From: Entomortierella parvispora E1425
Taxonomy: Eukaryota; Fungi; Mortierellomycota
Reading direction: 5' to 3'
Assembly: GCA_020891255.1 (NCBI GenBank)
Contig: BQFW01000001.1
Location: forward strand, 744,001-808,000
DNA: 64,000 bases
This document shows, in pieces, positions 26,891-36,640 of the stretch. Made by a program: the position numbers and the translations under genes. The notes below the pieces were generated by a model that saw only the letters and a program-made list of their open reading frames with translations, had not been told where the DNA came from and did no database searches. Each line of letters opens with the position of its first letter. Position 1 is the stretch's first letter.

Positions 26891-27784
26891 ATGGTTGCCA
26901 TCACCAAATCCTTCCTCCTTTTGTTGGGAGCAGCACTCGTCTGTGCTGCCGCCAAGGAGCCATCCACCACCACCAAGTCGCACTCTATCGCCAAGTCGCA
27001 CACCACCACCAAGTCGCACCACACCACCACCAAGTTGCACTCCACCACCAAGAAGCATACTACCACCAAGAAGCATACTACCACCAAGAAGCAAACCACG
27101 ACCAAGAAGCCATCGCACTCTACCACCAAGTCGTCGCTCACCACCACCAAGGCGCCTAAGCCTACCTCCAAGTCGACACTCCCCGTCCCCATGCCTTCTC
27201 TGGAGGATATTTCGAAGGAGCTCGACTGTCAGGCACAATGCATCTTCCTCACCCCACCATTTGGCAACTACCAAACAGGTTACAACGTGTCGAAATACAT
27301 GGATATCAATGACGGTGGCAGAACTTCTTATTTGGTCCAGAATATTGCGCCACTTGCCAAGGTATTCATACGGAACATTACTCGCTTTTTTTTTTTGCAT
27401 TTCTCTTTTGGCCTCTAAAAAGTACTCACTTGTTTTTTTTTCTTCTTCTCCTAAACAAACTTCCATTAGCCATGCCTCAAAGATCTCTACAAGTTGAAGG
27501 GTGATGTCTCCAAGATTACCCAGGAACTCTTTGACAACTACGTGACGTGTAATGGCCAGACCCTGCGTCTGAACAACGACATTTATTCGGCCAAGAGCTT
27601 CAACTGGAAGAAGAATGGATTTAACGCAGCACAGCAGGCGCAGTTCCAGCAGTGCACCTTGCCTACCTTCACGAATGCACTCCACGTTTGCCGAGGAGGA
27701 TGCAGACGTATCCATTTCACTCATAAGGGAGCACCAGAGGTCCCCAAGCCCTCGAAGAAGTGTGCCAAATATCCCAAGAAATAA
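26891..27784 (+). CDS. Secreted protein (261 aa): signal peptide, Thr/Lys/His-rich repeat stalk, Cys-containing C-terminal domain
   Basis: MVAITKSFLLLLGAALVCAAA then KHTTTK-type repeats. Intron 27362-27469 joins in frame. Eight Cys in the C-terminal domain. TATAAAA at ~26826. Confidence 0.8.
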
Positions 27785-28388
27785 GCGCGCGCCCATCAAT
27801 CGTTATTTATTCTTCAAGGAGGGGGACAAAACAACCATGACAAACATACCCCGGCTCACTTTTGTGTGGGTGCTCCCCACAGGTTTTCACCCGTCTCATG
27901 TTCCCCTCCTCTCCTTTCGTCTCTGAGCTTTTTGAACTAAAAATAATTTGATTGTCTCCTTACTTGTACCTGACATTTCTCGTAGTCCTCTGTGTAAGAG
28001 AGCATAGTCTTTTTTTTTTTTGTTCAAGAATGTTCATTGTAAAGGAACCTGTGAGAGAAGAGTGTACGGCAAAGAGAAGGAAATGTGGGTGCTAGAAAAC
28101 ACGGAGCCTGACAAAGTAGACGAGTGCGCGAATCTTTGTGGTAAATCTTCGTATGCACGAGTGTGGATCTTCGTGTTCAGTCGTCACTGCTCACCCCCTT
28201 GTTTGCCACCATCCGTTGCGCCGCATCTTAATTAGAACTCAACATTAATCTTCCCATCTGCACCTTTCCGAGCAGCTTGTTTCCCCCATCAAGGTCCTCC
28301 CAAGCCTATAACCCACTGAGAAGTTCCTGCTGCCTATTTCATCCACGTTTGCAAGGCTTCAATTAGTCACAAAATTAATTGATGTTAG

Positions 28389-28792
28389 ATGAGACAACGC
28401 GAAAAACGTCCAGCAAAGGAGGCCTTCTGTCCGTCGATGGAGATTATTGCGGTCTTCTACGCGACATTTGCTTTCGGCTACAGTACTTGTATACCCCTGC
28501 TCTGCCATCCCTTTCACATTCACCATTACGTCGCTCATTTCCGACCAGGTTCCTGGCATCAAACTTGCCCTCGGGCAGAGATGGTAAACTACAGCTCGCT
28601 CATGTGCATCTTTTGCAGCTCTGTTGCACCTTTTTTTCGCCTGTGGCTAATTTCTTTGCTCAATCAACATTGTAATCTTCATGTAGAGGAGTCTACAGTC
28701 GCCAACGCCCAAGTGTGGCCAGGCGGCGGTCAGCAACTTTGAAGATGTTTTTGGAGAGGACTCGACCGGGGACACAGAGCAGCGGTTCAGGT

Positions 28793-28824
<32 letters not shown>

Positions 28825-30708
28825 TGATGACGATGATGAAGCTGATGAGCACTACGAGAGTACATTGCAGGGATCCCCAGCACCCTCCATCGTCCGCTCG
28901 GCTCGTATTCCTTGACAGAGAAAGGCGGTAGATTCATGCCAGACCACGGAGCAGGATTTGGCAGAAACACGGAGCACGCCATCACACAGCATGTTCGCTC
29001 TGACGAGCCCCGTGGGCCGCAGAGACTTATGGACCAAAGCCTTCTTCAAGCTGACGCACTTAGGGTCAAGGAGTTCAAGGTCGACTTGGCCTTGCGCACT
29101 CAGCGCCATACAAGTTTATCGACCGCAACAAGGCTAGCTGCGATGGCCACCAACAGTACTGGGTGGTAAAGGAAGGGGATCAGCGCGCTTTTTCAAGACG
29201 TGTTCTCTCTCTTATTCTCGTTACCACTTGCAACATTTTTAGCGATGGTGCGATCGAAAAGGTTATCCCAATGACCTGGTCACCCCGGCCAAGTTTCAAG
29301 TATACATGTCTGCAGAGGACATGGACGAGGAAGAGCGACGTCCATCCGATCCGAATCAAAAAGGACAAGATGAGAGGCGAGGAAGTTGGAGGGATTCAAC
29401 AAGAACGACCATGAAGATATCAGGAACGCCAATTTGTCCGACACATTCTCTTCGTTGAAGCGAAACTCATTCCTGGGTTCAGGAAACGCTCTTGGAGGCA
29501 AGACAAACAAAAAAGGGGAAAATATGTACGCCACCACGTTCCGGCACAAGGATATCAACAGATGCACGTAGGTGGATTCGCGTTTTATATGTTTGAGCGA
29601 TTCGAGGTATGGTGGTTAGCTATTTCTCTATTTTCTATTACTGCTCGTTGGTAGCATCGTATGAACTGACATCTATGTTTCTGTCGTCTAAATCACCTCA
29701 GGTCGAGAAGGAGCCTTTGCCCGATTTTTCCAAGCCAGATGAGTGGCATCGGGTCAAGATCTTGGTCGGAGGAAGTGTTAAAGATCGGGTAGATCCAAGG
29801 AGTTCACATTTCCGATTCTTGTCACTCGACCCGAAAACTCGAAACGACTCAACATCCGCGGTGATGAGATCCTGTCAGGTATACTCCCTCAAGGTCACTC
29901 ACACCGTTCGGCGCGCTGGAGTGGTGAAGGCATACAACCTCGGTCTTGGGTTAGAGGATATTCGACATCTAGGACGTTGGTCAATGGGTCAGATGGAAGC
30001 GTTTTACGCACCTCGGAACCCAGTCAATGGTGCATTCGCCATGGCTCATTTCCAAAACGAACCGTACTTTATTGAGCGCGACTTCATCACTCCTCCTCTC
30101 GAACTTCAACGGAAGATTTTCAGCGGGATCGAAGAGACCTTTGATGTCGATCACCCCGAGCTGAGGGATAGCTGGATCGAAGATTGTCAGAGCCAGATGA
30201 AAGCCATCGTCCAACAGAGATTACAGAAGACGACCTGCATTATATGCCTCCTCGCTCTGACTCAAACGAGAAAACAGCCAAGGATTTGGTCCAAAGCGCG
30301 ATTGTTGACAGAAAGGCCTTTCTTCAACTCCTTGTTCGGCTCCGTCGAGTTATTCTTCAAGATGCAGTCATCTTCCGCAGGAAAGATAGTCAGGGACGAA
30401 CTCTTACCAACTCTTTGATTACCTCAAGACCCGACATCTTTGAGAGCCCTCTCTTTCTCAAGTTTGAGGCGGATCTTTTAGCTGCGATTGAGAAACATCG
30501 TCAGCACGTCAATCTATTTCCCAGGGAGATTACAATTGATGGCGAAGCCGTCGTCGGGGCCGTCAATGGTCTTGCTGACAAAGTCCAGCAGTTAACCGCA
30601 ACAACCTCCGCCTTGCAAGCCACTCTCAACCATGATCAGAGTCAGGATCTAGCGCGAGAGCAACAACGCCACCTGCAAGAGTTGATGCGATCAAGTATGG
30701 AATTTTGA
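28389..30708 (+). mobile_element. Degenerate Crypton-like / Ndc10 domain-II tyrosine-recombinase element (pseudogene)
   Basis: Frameshifted segments GGKTNKKGENMYATTFRHKDINRC/VGGFAFYMF, (intron) VEKEPLPDF..WH, KVTHTVRRAG..IRHLGRWS..MEAFY, RDFITPPLELQRKIF and FLQLLVRLRRVILQDAV match the Ndc10-II/Crypton YR fold. Several frameshifts and stops; poly-Asp GAY run at ~28793-28837. Confidence 0.75.
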
Positions 30709-31030
30709 GGCGTCAGGAAGGGTCCGCGTGGAATGGAGAGAGAAAGGGGGGGGGGTTGAATAGAGTCAGATGAAGTTCCGATGATGTTCAGATGGAGTCC
30801 AGATGGAGCGAATTAATTCGTAGAAGGTGAAAGGGAATAAGGATGTTGATTAGGTTGATCAAAGGTAGATCGTCCGGTCGTCAAAAAAATGTTCAGGGCA
30901 GGTCAAGTCAATGTTAATGGTGGACCGAGATGATGACGGGAAGGAAGAAGGATTTCTTTATTGCAACGGTCGCGACGACAGATATTTCCAGATTGAAAAT
31001 AACTACGCAAGGGTGTCTTTCACTAGACGC

Positions 31031-31671
31031 TCAAATCTCCTAGATAAAAGAAAACGCAGGATGTTAGTAAACATGACTGTCATAGAAATTACATTATCAG
31101 AGTTATACTAAAGAAATAACATTCAGTTGATGAATGTGTGCTTCACTTACACCCTATCATTCATTGAATCAAATTCAGAAAACAAGAAATGATAATATTA
31201 GTACTCATGTCGATTGTTCACTCATCGATTGAAAGAAATAACATTCAGTTGATGAATGTGTTTCACTTACACCCTATCATTCATTGAATCAAATTCAGAA
31301 AACAAGAAATGATAATATTAGTACTCATGTCGATTGTTCACTCATCAATTGAAAGAGATAATATTCACTTGATGAATATGTTTCACTTACACCCTATCAT
31401 TCATTGAATCAAATTCAGAAAACAAGAAATGATAATATTAGTACTCATGTCGATTGTTCACTCATCGATTGAAAGAGATAATATTCACTTGATGAATATG
31501 TGTTTCACTTACACAATAAGGCTCACAGTATGCAGTATATCCATTACTGCAAAGTCCTGCGTGACATTCACGCTTTTCAAGTTTGCCTTGAAGGGGGACA
31601 GCGCTAATCAACGCCAGTGTGGCTAACATGGCCAAGGCAATAAGAATGGGGGAAAAGGTACGGGAAACCAT
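31031..31671 (-). CDS. Small secreted Cys-rich peptide precursor with Kex2 (KR) site
   Basis: Exon 1 (31671-31513) MVSRTFSPILIALAMLATLALISA-VPLQGKLEKR-ECHAGLCSNGYTAYCEPYC ends at GTAAGT. Final acceptor TACTAAC..TTTTATCTAG at 31040, then GAG ATT TGA. TATATAAA at 31768-31761. Confidence 0.7.
31110..31512. repeat. AT-rich 120-bp tandem repeat, ~3.4 copies
   Basis: Lines starting at 31141, 31261 and 31381 are near-identical (ttcacttacaccctatcattcattgaatc...); exact 120-bp period. Confidence 0.97.
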
Positions 31672-31819
31672 GATAACAAAGGGGAGGGGAGTTCAAGGTG
31701 GATCAAGAGGTTTTTCAAGTTACTAGGTGAAGAACTAAACTAGGGTGGGAGAGTTATTGCTTTATATAATAAATGGTTGGGCAGTGCTTATCAAAACTGA
31801 GATGGCTCTCAATGTTTGG

Positions 31820-32647
31820 TTCTTATTTGCTGTCTGGATTTCTGGGCCTGGTTATGCATCGCGCGGCCGGGCCATCTATTTGTGTTACCAGGGCAAGTGT
31901 CCATTTGTTGTTCGGTCCGACAGCTCTTACTTGCCGTCCAATGCTCTTGTTTACCGTTCTTCTGTGCTCCTATATTGTTCAGGGGCAAACTGAGGTGCGA
32001 GGATGCGTTCGCATTTCCTTACTCAGAGTTCGAGCCTCGAAAAAAAAAATTTCACGTGTATGTATTATAATACCTGTACCTGGGGTCGTTAACTTACCCT
32101 TTCTACCTCCATGCCTGCGTGAGCCTCTGAACTCTGCCCACTACTCTGCTCCTCACGATTCTCATACATCAAAGGGGTTTGACTGGGTGATTTGATCCAG
32201 AGCCTTAATCCGCAATCTCCGTCGCGAAAGGGCGCACAAAACGATCAAGATTGGGAAGTTCAACACGAGAAGAGCAATTGTGTCGGTGGATAAAAAGCTT
32301 GATCAACGGCTTTATGGAACTTCTGATTGGTCTTATGATCAAAACCAGTCGATAATCGATCGCGCCTTGCTGGTCATACGGATACGTCCCTAAACGAGGT
32401 ATTTTGCAGTGGTTAGCCAGGGCGCGGTGCATGCCCAGGGCGCGGTGCATGACCAGGGCGCGGTGCATGACCAGGGCGCGGTGAATGACCAGAGCGCGGT
32501 GCATGACCAGGGCGCGGTGCATGACCAGAGCGCGGTGCATGACCAGGGCGCGGTGCATGACCAGGGCGCGGTGCAGAAATCTAGACGACAAATAAGAGAG
32601 CAATAATGGACGACAAATAAGAGCATTGGACGACAAATAGACGGAAG
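31820..32647 (-). mobile_element. Foldback/MITE-like non-autonomous element, copy A (modular TIRs built of tatttgtcgtc units)
   Basis: Motif clusters at 31820-31960 and, inverted, at 32575-32645. The internal sequence is the reverse complement of the internal part of copy B. Confidence 0.55.
32417..32575. repeat. 18-bp minisatellite (ccagggcgcggtgcatga) x9
   Basis: Copies start at 32417, 32435, 32453, 32471, 32489, 32507, 32525, 32543 and 32561. Confidence 0.95.
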
Positions 32648-34010
32648 TGTCTATGGAAGTGTCTATTTGTCGTCCGGTCCGACGGCCCCTTCCATGTCGT
32701 CCGATTCTCTTATTTGTCGTCCAATGCTCTTTTATTTGTCGTCTGGATTTCTGTACTGCATTTGAAAGTGTCTATTTGTGGTCCTATCTGACAGTTCCTT
32801 CCTTGTCGTCCAATGCTCTTATTTGTCTTCTCCTATTTGTCGTCTGGATTTCTGCACAGCTCCCTGGTCATGCACCGCGCCCTGGCCATCCACCGCGCCC
32901 TGGCCATCCACTGCAAAATGCCTCGATTTGGGAAGTATCTGTATGATCATGGATCGATTATCGACTGAGTTTAGTCATAAGACCACTCCTGGGAACGCCT
33001 TTCATTTCTCTTAGAAGTTCCATGTGACCGTTGGTCAATATCATTTTATCCACCGACGCATTTGCATTTCTGATGTCGAACTTCCTGAGCTTGATCGTTT
33101 TGTGCGCCTTTACGGATTGAGGCTCTACATGAGATCACCCCTTTGATATATGAGAACCGTGAGGGGTGGGCAGAATTCAGAGGTTCGCTCAAGCAAGGAC
33201 GTAGAGAGAGGGTTGGTGAACGACATCAGATACAGGTAATACTGTACGTACATACACGCGATTTTTTTTTTTTTAAAAGTTTGAACTCTGGGAAAGGAAA
33301 TGCGAACATCCTCGCGCTTCAGTTTGCCCCTGAACTTTATTTGCGAGAGCTGGAGCACAGAAGAATGGCAAATAACAATAACGAACAACAAGCAAGGGAC
33401 CCTCGTCCAAGTCTCATTGGTTAGCCCGCCAACACAGCTGCACCTTCGGTTGCGATATCATGTCCTTAATCCGTTGATACTCGACCGATTAATGGCCGAT
33501 TTGAACCATTGGACAATTCTCAGATCCTCTGACCGACATCATTTTGTCCGCCGATGCAAGCGTCTTTCTGTCCGAGTTCTCGTGTCGAACACCCTGAACA
33601 ATTTCGACTGGGCATCCTTTTCCTGCAGCTGCTGAATCGTGAGCTCGGACAAGGTTTGGTCCACACGCTTGGTGGGAATAAATCACGCTGTTGAAAACAC
33701 TTGTCTTGCATATAAACACAAGCCGGGTAAACCACGCGCGGTGGCAGCTAGAGACGACGACAGTGGGGTTGATGTGCCATCATTTCGATCTCAATTGGTC
33801 AGTTCGAGTGATAATACATCCTTTTTGTTTTGCCATTTGCCTTACATCGGACGACAAATAAGAACCGGGCGACAAGTAAGACCTGTCGGACCGGACGACA
33901 AATAGATGCTTCGCTGTACAGAAATTCAGACGACAAATAAGAGAATCGGACGACAAGGAAGGGGCTGTCGGACCGGACGACAAATAGACACTTCCCAAAT
34001 AGACACATCC
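32643..34010 (+). mobile_element. Foldback/MITE-like non-autonomous element, copy B
   Basis: ggaagtgtctatggaagtgtctatttgtcgtccggtccgacggccccttcc at 32643 matches the reverse complement of 33850-34010; imperfect TIRs of ~150 bp made of sub-repeats. Confidence 0.6.
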
Positions 34011-34109
34011 GGAAGAAATGCGTCTTCAAGTTGACAATTGGGCTGTGTCAGTCGTTTTCAATCATGGTTGCACAAAGAAAATTTCAAGGGAACTGGGGTG
34101 TCCCAACCA

Positions 34110-34140
<31 letters not shown>

Positions 34141-34421
34141 ACTGTACTTCTACGTGGCAAAAAAGGCAATAAGAAACCCACTCGGCAAATCAGACAAATC
34201 ATCATGTCTAAACCTTACTCCAGTTTTGCGTTGGGCTTTTTTGTTTGTGTAATCGAGATATATCATCTCATATATAAAAGAAAAAAAAACGCCAAATGCT
34301 TGTTGCCGAGTGGCCATTAATACATATAAAAACCTTTGGGAATTTGGCCCTCTTTTTTTCACATCCGTCCGAAATTTGCTCCTAATTGTCTCCATCATTC
34401 CTCAAAAATACAACAACAATT

Positions 34422-35398
34422 ATGTCGACTGAAACTTCCGACCCCAAAGCCGAGTTTCTCGAAACTTTCCGAAACTTGCTTGTACATCCTTTTTACGACA
34501 AATATGACGATAATACATGGGATGAAGATGCTTGGTGGGAAGCCGTCGAGACCTTCAAAGTCAAATCTAAGGAACTTGGATTCGATGAGCCATTGGATAT
34601 CCTTGCCGAATCTACAATTACATCTTTCGAAAGGGCTCGTGATCTTGCAAAGACCGGGACCCCACAATGCCTCAGACGCCATTGGAAAAGCCCTATCCTT
34701 GGTGAGAAGATTGATGTGTTGAGTCTCCTCGAGAAGACGCACCACATCCATGGAAACAAGTTTGAAGGCAAAGAACACATTGTGGTCTTGGACTTTTGGG
34801 CAACATGGTAACAAAAAAAAAAAAAAAAAAAAAAAGATTAACCGTCGTTGATCAATCTCTTGCCACCAAGGGCAACTAACTTAACTGGGTCCCTAACCAC
34901 TCAAATATTTGATATACATTATAGGTGTGGACCATGTCTTAAGGTCGCACCATTGCTTTCCGACCTTGCAGATAAATACCCTGGACGTGTTGCTGTCATT
35001 GGAATTAATAACGATGGAAACCCCGATGAAAATGGACGGGATGTTGAAAAGGTTAGAGCCTTCATTGAAGAAAACAATGAGAAGTTTCGCTATATGTCAT
35101 ATGTCGACAACACCGAAAACCACGCAAAGATGAGTAAGTGAACATGAAATCACAAAAAAAAAAAAAAAAAAAAGTATTCTTCTCTTATCGCAATTTGTAT
35201 TACCAATCGCTGACTCTTTTTACTCTTTCATTCCTCGCACTTATTAATATACACAAAGCGCTGCTCAAGAGAACTGAATTTAAATTCATTCCTTGCCTCA
35301 TTTTGGTTTTGAATGGTGAAATTAAATTCGCTGGTAGCGGAGAATTTTTCTGGGAATACCTGGACGAAGTATTAAAGGCTGAAGGTGTTGAGGAGTAA
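34422..35398 (+). CDS. Thioredoxin-like (TlpA/redoxin-type) protein with acidic N-terminal extension
   Basis: VVLDFWATW|CGPC active site split by intron 34808-34924, VAVIGIN, second intron 35134-35258, FIPCLILVLNGEIKFAG. Confidence 0.88.
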
Positions 35399-35408
35399 AT
35401 ATGGGAAT

Positions 35409-35626
35409 TGTAATAGCAAGGGTCAGGGAAGTCAGAGTAGGATTTGATGATATTTAATTAGTCTATAAAAGATGAGAGTATATATAAGAGAGAGAAAGGG
35501 ACTGAGCCGATAGGTAGGGAGGCGAGGTGGCTAAGGCGGCTATGTAAAGGGTGGTGTGATTGCGTGAGTGTGGCAAAGGCGCAGACGATAACAACAGCAA
35601 GGCGCAGTCAAGTTCAACTTGTTGCA
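35409..35626 (-). mobile_element. 3' LTR (218 bp) of a Ty3/gypsy chromovirus
   Basis: Minus strand starts TGCAAC directly after the PPT GAGGGGAAGGA (35637-35627) and ends ATTACA; internal TATATATA. Confidence 0.75.
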
Positions 35627-35646
35627 TCCTTCCCCTCAAAAAAAAA

Positions 35647-35930
35647 CTATTGTTGGCGAGTTCGCTCAAATTCTTGCAGTGTTTCTTGAGCGCGTTCGAA
35701 AGCATCTCGAGGTTCCCAAGAGGCTTCATCCAGAGGAAAGCCTTTCCATTGGACCATCCATTTCGGAGTTCTTTCAAAGATCTTGTAATCGAGAATCTTT
35801 TCAACCTCCCATTCCTGTGAGCCGTCTTCTGCTTCTTCGGGTTCCTGGCATGTATAGGATCGTTCGCCGAATTCAGGTGGTGAAGCAGTGTAGGCACGTA
35901 AGAGATCCGCATTGAAGACCGGGTGTTCCC
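35647..35930 (-). mobile_element. Chromovirus integrase C-terminus with chromodomain (truncated element)
   Basis: HPVFNADLLRAY (gypsy integrase C-terminal motif) followed by EWEVEKILDYK...WMVQWKGFPLDEASWEP; the stop lies just before the PPT and LTR. Confidence 0.85.
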
Positions 35931-35935
35931 TAGCT

Positions 35936-36407
35936 CGGCTCTGGAAGACGCGCTGCGAAGTGACTATTGCATGGGAGAAGACACAAGGTATCCGCCCCAA
36001 GATGAAGAAGCAAGCCCAGACTGGGCAACCGTGGAACAATGCCCCTGGTACGATCTTACCACCGGACACTTGCCTATGCGGAAAACCTAACACCGACCAC
36101 CACCAAGGCCTCTGCCCTGGTGCCCAAGATAATCCCACGCTGGCCGACCAGCGCTTACTGGCTTGTGTGCGTGGCCAGGTTCACTTATCGACATTAGAAA
36201 AGAGGGGAAGATCCATTTTTTGTAACGTTTTACTCTTCTTTATTACACGGTGACGAGCCGTGGCATTTGTTGCGCGGGGATCCGGGGTCTTTGTTCGTAT
36301 GGACCACGCGGCTTTGCTCAGGTTGTAGATAGTTTGGTCTCGCACTTCACTTCTTTGTCTCGACATAGCAAATAAAATGTTGCAAAAAAAAAAAAAAAAA
36401 AAAAAAA
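35936..36407 (+). mobile_element. 5'-truncated non-LTR retrotransposon (LINE-like) 3' end
   Basis: RLWKTRCEVTIAWEKTQGI...CLCG.....H...CP C-terminal motif, short 3' UTR, AATAAA at 36371 and a 24-nt poly(A) at 36384-36407. Confidence 0.5.
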
Positions 36408-36640
36408 CTACTGCAACGGCCAACTCAGAGCACAGATCAAGCCATAGGTTGCGATCGACTCGCCCCACAGGCTGAAGCAAATGGAAAGGGAACTCGCGTC
36501 AAGAATAGCAGCTGAAAACAAAGAACAAGGGAAACAATGGAACAAAGACAGAAACAAGGAACAACCGCCGCCTAGAGGCCCCATTTCAATGATCAACACA
36601 CACCTATGTATCCTTTTCTTATATCGACTACACCCAATCT

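Noticed and set aside
26885-27799. 304-aa minus-strand Gly/Leu/Arg repeat ORF
   Set aside because: Antisense of the Thr/Lys-repeat secreted gene, which has the signal peptide, TATA box and in-frame intron.
31110-31512. CRISPR-like appearance of the 120-bp array
   Set aside because: Units are contiguous and near-identical with no unique spacers; eukaryotic context and no cas genes.
32205-32636. HRALVM / QGAVHD repeat ORFs
   Set aside because: By-products of the 18-bp minisatellite inside the foldback-like element; no start context or domain.
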